Shown: in pieces, positions 49,217-58,590 of the stretch
How positions within the stretch are numbered: position 1 is the first letter of the stretch
Layout: every line of letters starts with the position of its first letter
Source of the DNA: Minisyncoccia bacterium
GTDB taxonomy: Bacteria; Patescibacteriota; Minisyncoccia; Phycocordibacterales; PALSA-1337
Reading direction: 5' to 3'
DNA: 64,000 nt
Assembly (NCBI GenBank): GCA_044228445.1
Contig: JBGAUV010000001.1
Location: 15,827-79,826, forward strand
Notes under the pieces: model-generated
Seen by the model: the letters and a program-made list of their open reading frames with translations, nothing else
What the model was told of the DNA's origin: nothing
The model's database searches: none
Program-made: the position numbers and the translations under genes

Positions 49217-49918
49217 TATTTTTGTTAAAGCTACAACTACAGCAGTCTCTGATCTTAATATCTGTTCACCTAGTTTATAAATAGGAATACCGTTTATTCT
49301 AAATTCACCAATCTCTTCATCAGTATATCCACCCTCTGGACCGACAAAAACTGCATTATATGGAAGCATATCCATACTAACTTTATCTAACATATATGGT
49401 TCACCTTTAGTATGAAAAGCAATTGCTCTTATTTTATTATCTTTAATAAAGTCAAAACAAGAACTAAAATATTTTATATTATGAATATTTGGAGTATAAA
49501 CTCTTCCACTTTGTTCACTGGCCTCAATAGAGATTTTATTTAATCTTTCTTCATTTATATTCTTCTTTTCACTTCTCATAGAAACCACAGGGATAATATC
49601 ACTAACTCCTAGCTCGGTAGCTTTTTCAACAATCCATTCAAAAGTATCTTTTTTTACTATAGAAGCAAAAAGATAGGTTTTTTTATTATTTAAATCTTTT
49701 TTATCAATACTTTGTTCTATATTAAATGAAATACTATCTTTTAAAATATTATTAATAACAGTTATGTATTCATAACCAGAATTATCAAATAAAATTACCC
49801 TATCCCCTGTCTTAAATCTAAAAACTTTCTTTATTTGGTTTACCAAATCATCAGAAACAATAGTCTTACTCTTTTCATCGCCTATTTTTTCATTTATAAA
49901 AAATCTATGGAATCTCAT
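49211..49918 (-). CDS. rsmE: 16S rRNA m3U1498 methyltransferase
   Basis: EKATELGV, ASEQSGR, VGPEGG, ILRSETA. Confidence 0.96.
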   Translation of the reverse strand: MRFHRFFINEKIGDEKSKTIVSDDLVNQIKKVFRFKTGDRVILFDNSGYEYITVINNILKDSISFNIEQSIDKKDLNNKKTYLFASIVKKDTFEWIVEKATELGVSDIIPVVSMRSEKKNINEERLNKISIEASEQSGRVYTPNIHNIKYFSSCFDFIKDNKIRAIAFHTKGEPYMLDKVSMDMLPYNAVFVGPEGGYTDEEIGEFRINGIPIYKLGEQILRSETAVVVALTKII

Positions 49919-50014
49919 ATATAAAGTCTACAATGAAAGTTGCCAAATATCTACTGTAATGTATTATTTGTTTATACCTTAATAAATAAGAGCGAAAGCT
50001 CAATAAAAACAATT

Positions 50015-50584
50015 ATGCTTATACCAACCGTAATAGAAAAGACCAATTTTGGCGAAAGAGCATATGACATTTATTCACGATTACTAAAGGAAAACATCAT
50101 TTTCCTAGGTGGTCCTATAGATGATCATGTTGCTAATATTATTATTGCTCAGCTTCTTTTTCTTCAGTCAGAAGACCCAAAGAAGGATATAAACCTGTAC
50201 ATAAACTCTCCAGGAGGTTCTGTAACAGCTACATTGGCAATAATAGACACAATGAATCATATTAAAAATGATGTATGTACGACTTGTGTGGGTATGGCCG
50301 CTTCAGGTGGTGCCCTTATCCTTTCAGCAGGACAAAAAGGAAAAAGATATGCCCTTTCAAATTCAGAGGTTATGATACATCAACCACTTGGAGGTGCAGA
50401 GGGACAAGCATCAGATATAGAGATTAGCGCAAGACATATTATAAAAATGCGTGAAAATATAAATAAAATGCTTGCAAAGAATACAGGGCAGTCATTATCA
50501 AAAATCGAAAAAGACGTAGACAGAGATTTCTTTATGGATGCAGAAGAGGCTAAAAAATACGGAATAATCGACAAAGTTCTCTAA
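50015..50584 (+). CDS. clpP: Clp protease proteolytic subunit
   Basis: DIYSRLL, INSPGG, GMAAS, MIHQP, DRD; start MLIPTV at 50015. Confidence 0.98.
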   Translation: MLIPTVIEKTNFGERAYDIYSRLLKENIIFLGGPIDDHVANIIIAQLLFLQSEDPKKDINLYINSPGGSVTATLAIIDTMNHIKNDVCTTCVGMAASGGALILSAGQKGKRYALSNSEVMIHQPLGGAEGQASDIEISARHIIKMRENINKMLAKNTGQSLSKIEKDVDRDFFMDAEEAKKYGIIDKVL

Positions 50585-50596
50585 AATAACAAAATT

Positions 50597-52126
50597 ATGT
50601 CACTTAAACTAGTCGCACTACTCCTTTCTATAGCAGGGGTTGCTGGTCTTGCGATAGGATACTATCTACGTTTAATCATTTCTCTTGGTAAAAAGGGTTC
50701 CATGGAACTTGAAATCAAAGAAATGCTCTTAACAGCAAAAGAAGAAGGAAAAAAGATAGTCTCTGCATCAGAAGAAAAAGCTAACTCTATATTAGAAGAA
50801 GCTAGAAGAGAGATAAAAGAAAAAGAAGAAAAAATACAACAAACTGAATCCCGCCTTATAAAAAAGGAGGATCTTTTGGATAAAAGACAGATTGATATCG
50901 ATAAAGAAGTAGAAATAATAAAAAGTCGTGTTGCTGAAATAAAAACAATAAAGGATAAAGTAGATAAAATGGAAATCGAGAGACTACAAATACTTGAAAA
51001 AGTATCAAATATGTCTCAAGAAGAAGCAAAAAATGAAATTATAAAGAATATAGAAAAGAATCATACTGAAGATTTGATGGTTAGAATTCAGAAACTCGAA
51101 CAAAATGGCGAAGATATTCTTGAAAATAAAGCAAAAGATATACTAGCCACATCTATTCAAAGATTAGCAAATTCTGTTGCTTCAGATGTAATGTCTACAT
51201 CAGTAAACATACCAAATGACGAAATTAAAGGAAAAATAATAGGAAAAGAAGGAAGAAATATCAAAGCTTTTGAAAGAATGTCTGGGGTTGAAATAATTGT
51301 TGATGATACACCAGGAAATATAACCATATCATCATTTGATCCAATACGTCGTCATGTCGCTAAAATGGCTCTAGAAGAGTTAATAAAGGATGGACGTATA
51401 CAACCAGCAAAAATAGAAAAAGCAATTGAAGAAGCTCAAAATAACATAAATAAAACTATAAAAGAAAAGGGTGAACAGGCTGCTTATGAATGCGGGGTTA
51501 TTGGTTTGGACCCAAGAATACTACTTATACTAGGTAGATTACATTTCCGTACTAGTTATGGACAAAATGTATTACAGCATTCTATAGAAATGAGCCATAT
51601 TGCTGGAATGATAGCAGAAGAAATCGGAGCAAATGTAGCAGTGGCAAAAGCCGGGGCATTACTGCACGATATTGGAAAAGCTTTGGATCATGAAGTTGTA
51701 GGTACACATGTAGAAATAGGTAGAAGAATATTGCAAAAGTTTGGTGCTAATGAAGAAATAGTGAAAGCTATGCAAGCACATCATGAAGAATATCCTTATG
51801 AAACACCAGAATCACGTATAGTACAAGCAGCAGATGCAATATCAGGAGCAAGACCAGGAGCTAGAAGTGATAGTATTGAAAACTATTTAAAGAGACTTGG
51901 AGATCTAGAAGCAATTGCAAACGCTTTCCCTGCTGTAGAAAAATCATATGCCCTTCAAGCAGGACGAGAAATAAGAATATTTGTTAAGCCAGAAAATATA
52001 AATGATATTGAATCAAAGAAACTTGCAAGAGATATAGCTATAAAAATTGAAAAGGATCTAAAATACCCAGGAGAGATAAAAGTAACGGTGATTAGAGAGA
52101 CAAGAGCAATAGAATTTGCCAGATAG
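50597..52126 (+). CDS. rny: ribonuclease Y
   Basis: N-terminal TM, coiled coil, KH (IIGKEGRNI), HD (LLHDIGK), QAGREIR. Confidence 0.98.
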   Translation: MSLKLVALLLSIAGVAGLAIGYYLRLIISLGKKGSMELEIKEMLLTAKEEGKKIVSASEEKANSILEEARREIKEKEEKIQQTESRLIKKEDLLDKRQIDIDKEVEIIKSRVAEIKTIKDKVDKMEIERLQILEKVSNMSQEEAKNEIIKNIEKNHTEDLMVRIQKLEQNGEDILENKAKDILATSIQRLANSVASDVMSTSVNIPNDEIKGKIIGKEGRNIKAFERMSGVEIIVDDTPGNITISSFDPIRRHVAKMALEELIKDGRIQPAKIEKAIEEAQNNINKTIKEKGEQAAYECGVIGLDPRILLILGRLHFRTSYGQNVLQHSIEMSHIAGMIAEEIGANVAVAKAGALLHDIGKALDHEVVGTHVEIGRRILQKFGANEEIVKAMQAHHEEYPYETPESRIVQAADAISGARPGARSDSIENYLKRLGDLEAIANAFPAVEKSYALQAGREIRIFVKPENINDIESKKLARDIAIKIEKDLKYPGEIKVTVIRETRAIEFAR

Positions 52127-52252
52127 TAAAGTATTGTTTCATCATTTTAGCCCTATTGCGCTAAATTATACACAATATATAATTATACCGAGGTTACAAG
52201 CTTTGGTATTTATAACCGAAGAAAAAATTATTACTATTAATCATAATTAAAT

Positions 52253-52525
52253 ATGAATAAAGCAGGAATTGTAGATGCAGTTCACGCAGTATTAGGAGGA
52301 ACAAAGGTTCAAGCAGAGCAAGCTGTAGAAACTATGATAAATTCTATAGTTGAATCTCTAAAGAAAGGGGAAGAAGTATCTATAGCAGGTCTAGGTATAT
52401 TCTCAGTAAAACAGAGAGCAGCTAGAGATGCTAGAAACCCAAGAACTGGAGAAACTATAAAGGTTCCAGCCATGAATGTTCCAAAGTTTCGTGCTGCTAA
52501 GGCTCTAAAAGATCTAGTAAAATAA
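52253..52525 (+). CDS. hup: DNA-binding protein HU
   Basis: MNKA, GLGIF, RAARDARNPRTGE, PKFRA. Confidence 0.97.
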   Translation: MNKAGIVDAVHAVLGGTKVQAEQAVETMINSIVESLKKGEEVSIAGLGIFSVKQRAARDARNPRTGETIKVPAMNVPKFRAAKALKDLVK

Positions 52526-52536
52526 AAAAGTCTAGA

Positions 52537-52573
52537 CAAAACAAAAAACCGCATATAGCGGTTTTTTGTTTTG
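52537..52573. terminator. bidirectional terminator
   Basis: CAAAACAAAAAACCGC-ATATA-GCGGTTTTTTGTTTTG. Confidence 0.88.
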
Positions 52574-52577
52574 AAAA

Positions 52578-53330
52578 CTAGTAATAGTATATATTCTCTT
52601 CAGTTCTGTCATATATATCTTTTTCTACAAGACTATTTTGTTGCTTACCATATATTTCATAATATATCTCTTTAATAAAATCTTTTTGTTTATATAGATA
52701 AAATTCATTTACTTCCCCTTCTATTTTTACCATATTATTTACAGGTAATATGTTTTCTGTTATCACAGAAGATAAATTTAGAATAGTAAAACTTAAATTA
52801 TTATTAGAACTTAACATTTTATCTATATATTTCTTAACATTATCAAATATATCCCACCATTTATCATATTTAATCTTATAATACTTATCTTTTAAAATAC
52901 CAAAAAATACCACTTTTACCTTTTTATTTGACCTAGATAAAAAATTAACCATTGAAACAAAACTCTTATAACTCAGTTCTTCGATCATATCTTCAACCTC
53001 ATCATCACTAGTGTATATTTTATTAATATGCTTTACAGATGCTAATTCTAAAGGATATACACCTAGAGCATGTATATATATTATGCTATCTGAACCATTG
53101 CTATTTATAATATTAGATATATTATTACAATTCTCTTCATTTGATGTATCACCTATTGAGACTATATTTACAAATTTATTGAATTCTAAGCCTCTAATTT
53201 TATCTTTCACGCCTTGTCCTTCATTATACAAACCACAAATTTTATATCCATTCTCATTAAAAATGTATGCTAAACCTGTACCTATAAGTCCTTCAACTCC
53301 ATTTATTATTACAAGAGGTTTTTCTTCCAT
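52578..53330 (-). CDS. hypothetical protein with SDR-like Rossmann N-terminus
   Basis: LVIINGVEGLIG glycine motif; no clear YxxxK. Confidence 0.55.
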   Translation of the reverse strand: MEEKPLVIINGVEGLIGTGLAYIFNENGYKICGLYNEGQGVKDKIRGLEFNKFVNIVSIGDTSNEENCNNISNIINSNGSDSIIYIHALGVYPLELASVKHINKIYTSDDEVEDMIEELSYKSFVSMVNFLSRSNKKVKVVFFGILKDKYYKIKYDKWWDIFDNVKKYIDKMLSSNNNLSFTILNLSSVITENILPVNNMVKIEGEVNEFYLYKQKDFIKEIYYEIYGKQQNSLVEKDIYDRTEENIYYY

Positions 53331-53336
53331 CAATTT

Positions 53337-53410
53337 TGGTGCGGGACGGGGGAGTCGAACCCCCCACCACAGTTTGGAAAACTGTTATTTTACCGATAAA
53401 CTAGTCCCGC
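53337..53410 (-). tRNA. tRNA-Gly(TCC)
   Basis: Cloverleaf; ACAGT-TTTCCAA-ACTGT anticodon arm; GTTCGAC; encoded CCA. Confidence 0.97.
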
Positions 53411-53465
53411 ATATAAAATATCAACACGGTTATACTATCAAGAATTTTGTTTTTTCGCTACTCCC

Positions 53466-54830
53466 CTATTTTGGATCGAATATTGATGGTCTAACTTTAT
53501 CACCAGCAATAATTTTTGATATTCTCCTACCACCAAGAACAGAAGGGATAATACCAATTCCATTACAACCAAGATTGTACAATAATACCCTATTTTTAGG
53601 TTCTTCACCTATTAATCTAATACGATTTGGTGTATAACCCATAAGTCCGTGCCAAGTAAAATCATAATCAATTTTTTTATTTGGATAAGCATCATATTCC
53701 TTTTTAATAAAATCGTCTATATCTTGTTGAATTTTATCAGAATATTCAAAGTCGTATACGTACTCTTTTCGATCTTCTATCTCAAACTCTGGACCACCGA
53801 CACAAATTAAATTATGTTTATCGTCATTTATTTCATGAGGTCTTCTTGTTAGATAATAATAAGGATCTGGTTTATCACTATATGGGTCATTTTTTTCAGT
53901 AAAATAAGATATTGCTGCTGCCTGCTTATTCATTTTCTCCAAATACCCTGACATATAACCAACCCTACCATTAACTAGATGGTGAAATTTTTTATCTATC
54001 GCCAAACCGTCTTCATTAAATATTTCAATTTTTTCAAAACCATTTGTACACAAAATTACTCTTCCTGCCTCTATAACATATTTGTCTGCATCCAATAAAG
54101 AATGGCCTTTTTTTAAAATAGTCTTAACTATATGGGTATTTTCGTATAAAGAAAATCTTTGTGGATATTTTTTTAATAGATATTTAACAACATCCTGACA
54201 AAAAAGTGCTGAATTCATGCAAGCAGCTTGTTCTGTGGTTACAGCATAAAAATTACCGTCTTTTGTTTCAAGCCTATTTAAAACTTCCTCATGCGGAACA
54301 ATTTTATAAAAATTAGATAGAGTTTTTGGTAAAATGTTTAAAAAAGGTGCATTTTCACTAATCATTATTTCATTTACATTCAATCCAGACAATCTTTCAA
54401 TCTCAATATCTTTAATGGCCAATAATACTTGAGACAAACTAGAATAACCTCTTGCTCCAGATATTCTAGAAAAAGATATGCTTAAATTTGAATCTGTGTA
54501 AATTTCATCTATTAATGTCCAACCTGATTGCAAGTCTTGCAATGCTTGTTTAGTCATATCAAAACCAAATTCATTGACAATCTTCTCTAAAGGCCTTTCA
54601 AAACGTGCTATAACTTGCCCTGCATTATGCCCTGTTGCTCCGTGTGCTAACTTACCCTGATCTAATACTACAACTTTCTTATTTGTATATTTCAAAATAA
54701 AGAAAGCGGTAGATATACCTGCAATACCTGCACCAACAATTGCAATATCGGTATCGATATCTTTATCAAGTGGTATAGGTTTTCTTTCTGGATCAAGTTG
54801 ATGTATCCAGGGAGATTTATTTATTTTCAT
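53466..54830 (-). CDS. FAD-dependent oxidoreductase (DAO/PuuB-like)
   Basis: IVGAGIAG, GATGHNAG, WHGLMGYT, GCNGIG. Confidence 0.9.
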   Translation of the reverse strand: MKINKSPWIHQLDPERKPIPLDKDIDTDIAIVGAGIAGISTAFFILKYTNKKVVVLDQGKLAHGATGHNAGQVIARFERPLEKIVNEFGFDMTKQALQDLQSGWTLIDEIYTDSNLSISFSRISGARGYSSLSQVLLAIKDIEIERLSGLNVNEIMISENAPFLNILPKTLSNFYKIVPHEEVLNRLETKDGNFYAVTTEQAACMNSALFCQDVVKYLLKKYPQRFSLYENTHIVKTILKKGHSLLDADKYVIEAGRVILCTNGFEKIEIFNEDGLAIDKKFHHLVNGRVGYMSGYLEKMNKQAAAISYFTEKNDPYSDKPDPYYYLTRRPHEINDDKHNLICVGGPEFEIEDRKEYVYDFEYSDKIQQDIDDFIKKEYDAYPNKKIDYDFTWHGLMGYTPNRIRLIGEEPKNRVLLYNLGCNGIGIIPSVLGGRRISKIIAGDKVRPSIFDPK

Positions 54831-54927
54831 TTCCCTTCTATTTTACATCATAAAAGTTCAAGACCAAAATATTAAACAGAAACTCTGCTAAATACTAAAT
54901 AAATTACAGATGATATAAAAACAAATG

Positions 54928-55000
54928 TCGGAGTGCCGGGATTCGAACCCGGAGTCGCCTGTTCCCAAAACAGGAATGTTAACCGTTACACCACACTCCG
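54928..55000 (-). tRNA. tRNA-Pro(TGG)
   Basis: CGGAGTG acceptor; CCTGT-TTTGGGA-ACAGG; GTTCGAATC; no encoded CCA. Confidence 0.97.
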
Positions 55001-55022
55001 ATATAAAACATCCTACAAAAAG

Positions 55023-55397
55023 CTATAATATCACATTTTCCATAAAAGACACTTTTGCTAGTCTAGTATTTGTGTTCATATAAACACAAGCAATATGGAA
55101 TTGAAACTCTATATCCAGTCCATATTTCATTTCAATCATATATGTTTGTATTACTCTTTTAAGTCTTTTTTGTTTCAATTCATGGACATTTTCTTCTGGC
55201 CTATAATTCCCTGTCCCATTTATACTCTTTACTTCGATAAAATGCAAAATACCCTTTTTACTAGCCACAATATCTATTTCTCCCCACTTTTTTGCATAAT
55301 TCCTGTCTATTATAAGAAAATTGTTCTTTATAAGATATTTACATGCAATATCTTCACCTATACGGCCTATTTCTTTGCTATTTTTATTTTTTTCCAC
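55023..55397 (-). CDS. YraN/UPF0102 family PD-(D/E)XK nuclease
   Basis: GRIGEDIA..YL, RNY...GEIDIV, FIEVK. Confidence 0.93.
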   Translation of the reverse strand: MEKNKNSKEIGRIGEDIACKYLIKNNFLIIDRNYAKKWGEIDIVASKKGILHFIEVKSINGTGNYRPEENVHELKQKRLKRVIQTYMIEMKYGLDIEFQFHIACVYMNTNTRLAKVSFMENVIL

Positions 55398-55508
55398 AAT
55401 TTTATTAACACTGTATTAGGTCATAAACAAAGGTCAGAGACACGATTATAAGCCATATTTTCTGTCTCTTATAAACACTATCCACAAAGTTATCCACAGT
55501 TATACACA
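55390..55508 (+). promoter_or_regulatory. array of same-orientation DnaA boxes (candidate oriC)
   Basis: TTTTCCACA 55390, TCATAAACA 55421, TTATAAACA 55469, CTATCCACA 55478, TTATCCACA 55490, TTATACACA 55500. Confidence 0.6.
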
Positions 55509-55547
55509 ATTGTCCTTGTAGATACGAAACTGAAATGAAACAAAATG

Positions 55548-55618
55548 TGCGGGTAAGGAGAATCGAACTCCTACCTCATCCTTGGCAAGGACGTGTCCTA
55601 CCACTAAACGATACCCGC
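55548..55618 (-). tRNA. tRNA-Gly(GCC)
   Basis: CGTCC-TTGCCAA-GGATG anticodon arm; GTTCGATT; no encoded CCA. Confidence 0.96.
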
Positions 55619-55694
55619 AAATAAACTTAACAAGTTAAATATAATATTTTATTGCAAAAAAATCCACTATTTTAAATATAAAACTAATATTTTG

Positions 55695-55766
55695 TGCTTC
55701 CGGAGGGACTCGAACCCCCAACAACGGTTCCGAAGACCGGTATGATATCCATTTCACCACGGAAGC
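55695..55766 (-). tRNA. tRNA-Arg(TCG)
   Basis: CGGT-CTTCGGA-ACCG anticodon arm; GTTCGAGT; no encoded CCA. Confidence 0.94.
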
Positions 55767-55772
55767 ATTAAC

Positions 55773-56435
55773 CTAACCATAATACTTTATTAACATCTTT
55801 TGCCAAGCTAATACCTTTAAAATAATACTAACATCATTATACATCACTGACATTATTCCTTTAGTGTGATCGCCCTTTTTTGAGTCATTATCCCCTCTTT
55901 TATATGCATATACCTTAATACTTTCTTCAGGTATATCCAAATACTGTGACCAGAAATCAACAGTATTAACATAATCATCATTTAATCCTAAATAAATTTT
56001 AAACTTTAGCTTTTCTTTATCTATTGAAAGGTATTTATTCATCCAAACTAGCATTATTTTATGAATTTCAGGGTTTTTATGTGTGAAACTATAGTAATTT
56101 GATGTTTTATTACCATGACCTTCATATAAACCTAGTCCGTAACAGAACATTGCTTCGTTCACAAAACCTAAGAAAATCTTATTAGCTTGTTCGTATAAAG
56201 TCTTATCCGCAAAGACCTTTCTAGATCTAATACTGATTTTTGACTTCATTCTCCCCTTTTCTACCCTATTCTTTGTATTCTCTTTTATGATAGCAAGTTC
56301 ACTTTCAGTAAGTTTATAATTCTTCAACCACAAAGAAACACTGGATTTTGAAATACCAAGTTCACTACTTATTTGAGTATAAGTTTTCCCTTCTCTTCTT
56401 AAAAGTATTGCTTTATCTCTATTTCGAATAGACAT
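55773..56435 (-). CDS. HTH protein with LAGLIDADG-like C-terminal domain
   Basis: GKTYTQISSELGISKSSVSLW HTH; GLGLYEGHG..FTHKNP resembles a LAGLIDADG helix. Confidence 0.65.
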   Translation of the reverse strand: MSIRNRDKAILLRREGKTYTQISSELGISKSSVSLWLKNYKLTESELAIIKENTKNRVEKGRMKSKISIRSRKVFADKTLYEQANKIFLGFVNEAMFCYGLGLYEGHGNKTSNYYSFTHKNPEIHKIMLVWMNKYLSIDKEKLKFKIYLGLNDDYVNTVDFWSQYLDIPEESIKVYAYKRGDNDSKKGDHTKGIMSVMYNDVSIILKVLAWQKMLIKYYG

Positions 56436-56497
56436 ATTGTAATTATATAATAGCATATATATGTACAATATTGAAATTTATTGAGTAAAATGCTAGA

Positions 56498-58071
56498 CTT
56501 TTCACATGAAACATACTCAATTATTAAATGAGGTTATACCTGCTGAGGTGGTAAGTGCTATAGAGACACTAGAAAAGGGTGGTTTTGAAGCATATCTAGT
56601 GGGTGGTTGTGTAAGAGATATATTACTTGGTAGGGAACCAAAAGACTGGGATATAACTACAAATGCTAAACCAGAACAAATAATCCCATTATTCAAAAAA
56701 ACTTTCTATGAAAACAGCTTTGGAACCGTAGCTGTAGTGAATGAAGATACAAAAAATGAAAAACTAAAAGTAATTGAGATAACTCCATATAGAATAGAAG
56801 GGAAGTATAGTGATTTTAGACACCCAGATGAAATTAAATTTGGAGAAAGTATAGAACAAGATCTAAAGAGAAGAGACTTCACAGTAAATGCAATGGCAAT
56901 GAGTTTATCAAATGGGTCTATAAAGGACATAATTGATTTATACGGTGGTTTAAAGGACATAAAGGACAAAGTACTCAGATCAGTAGGTGAAGCGTCACTA
57001 CGCTTCAATGAAGACGCTTTAAGGATGATGCGTGCTGGTCGCTTAGCAACAGAACTTGGTTTCACGTTAAACATTGATACTGAAAAGGCTATAAATAAGG
57101 ATAAAATACTTTTAAAACAGATATCTAGTGAGAGAATTAGAGATGAATTTGTTAAAATTTTAATGTCTAAACAACCTAAAGAGGGAATTGATACTTTGTA
57201 CAGACTAGGAATACTTGAAATTATACTACCTGAACTTCATAAAGCTAAGGGTGTTACACAAAATCAAGCGCATGCTTATGATGTATATGAACACCTATTG
57301 AGAAGTCTCCAGCATGCAGCGGATAAGGATTGGCCTATTGAAATAAGGCTTTCAGCTCTATTTCATGATATATCAAAGCCTGAGACAAAGAGATTTTCAC
57401 GTGAAACTGGTCAAATTACATTCTATAACCATGAAGTTGTAGGTTCACGTGTAACAAAAGCAATACTGGAAAGGATGAAGTTTCCAACGAAAACAATAGA
57501 TAAGGTATGTACAATGATAAGATGGCATATGTTTTTCTCTGATACGGAAACAATAACACTATCCGCAGTAAGAAGAATGATAAACAACGTAGGTAAAGAT
57601 AATATATGGGATTTAATGAATTTACGTATATGTGACCGCATAGGAACTGGAAGGCCCAAAGAAAACCCTTATAGATTAAGGAAGTATAAAGCTATGGTAG
57701 AACAAGCTATGCACGATCCAATAAGTGTGGGAATGCTTAAGATAGATGGAAAGGGGATAATGGAAGTTACACATGAAACTCCTGGACCAAAAATTGGTTA
57801 TATATTAAATGCTTTATTAGAAGAGGTTTTAGACAAACCAGAACTAAATACAACTGATTATTTGAACAATAGAGCCGTAGAATTATCAAAAATGCCTGTA
57901 AAAGAATTAATTGAACTAGGAAATAAGGGTAAAGAGAAGAAAGATAAAATAGAAAAGGGAAGTATTGAGGAAATCAATAAGAAGTATCACGTTCAATAAT
58001 AAACTTAATAATTAGTATTATATTAAAAAAGCTAAATATTTAACTCTTGTAATATTATTTCACGTGAAACT
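56498..58071. promoter_or_regulatory. cluster of six parS-like sites
   Basis: 16-mers with 2-3 mismatches to TGTTNCACGTGAAACA at 56498, 57058, 57393, 57441, 57765 and 58056. Confidence 0.75.
56506..57999 (+). CDS. cca: CCA tRNA nucleotidyltransferase with HD domain
   Basis: VGGCVRD, DWDITT, DLKRRDFTVNA, EDALR, ERI..E, LFHDISK. Confidence 0.93.
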   Translation: MKHTQLLNEVIPAEVVSAIETLEKGGFEAYLVGGCVRDILLGREPKDWDITTNAKPEQIIPLFKKTFYENSFGTVAVVNEDTKNEKLKVIEITPYRIEGKYSDFRHPDEIKFGESIEQDLKRRDFTVNAMAMSLSNGSIKDIIDLYGGLKDIKDKVLRSVGEASLRFNEDALRMMRAGRLATELGFTLNIDTEKAINKDKILLKQISSERIRDEFVKILMSKQPKEGIDTLYRLGILEIILPELHKAKGVTQNQAHAYDVYEHLLRSLQHAADKDWPIEIRLSALFHDISKPETKRFSRETGQITFYNHEVVGSRVTKAILERMKFPTKTIDKVCTMIRWHMFFSDTETITLSAVRRMINNVGKDNIWDLMNLRICDRIGTGRPKENPYRLRKYKAMVEQAMHDPISVGMLKIDGKGIMEVTHETPGPKIGYILNALLEEVLDKPELNTTDYLNNRAVELSKMPVKELIELGNKGKEKKDKIEKGSIEEINKKYHVQ

Positions 58072-58109
58072 GTATATAAAGTAGTAAATATGGCTATAAA
58101 TAAGGCTAC

Positions 58110-58520
58110 AATAAGAAAACCGCGTATGACGTCGATTTCCAGAGGTTACATGAAATCGCATCAAAACGCGGTTTTTAGAGTACATCTGGAAATTGTCAAA
58201 AGAGCTAATGAAGAACTGACCGTCAAGATCGAGCGTGGGAGAAGACGTGATATGCTTCAATAAATTTAGGTGCCACCCAGATAAGGTGACTAGTTGTTAA
58301 TTGTGAAGACAAACGTCTCAAGCCATAGCCCAAACAAGGGCTGCCTTCGGTATTACCTCTACTTGAGGTAATAAAAAAAATAAACAATTTTTCAGATGTA
58401 AAAAACTAAAGAGTACACTACCCATTTTTTTACAAAGAACAATTGTTCGAAAATAATTTTTATCTATTAGATATTTCCTTGGTTTAACCTAACAGATATT
58501 TAACTTTCAAACTGATCTGG
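58110..58520 (-). ncRNA. candidate ~400-nt structured RNA (contains a 6S-like rod)
   Basis: TTTACA..TG.TATAAT promoter 58552-58525; long-range stem TACATCTGAAAAATTGT/ACAATTTCCAGATGTA; nested stems; terminal hairpin AAAACCGCG/CGCGGTTTT. Confidence 0.5.
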
Positions 58521-58590
58521 GATTATTATAGCAAGTGTAAAAGACATGTAAAGGACATTTAAATAAAAACTGTGGATAAGTCCTTTATAT

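Noticed and set aside
53011-53637. 208-aa plus-strand ORF
   Set aside because: Antisense to two genes and tRNA-Gly
52578-55000. tRNA-integrated genomic island
   Set aside because: No duplicated tRNA 3' end (att site) or adjacent integrase found
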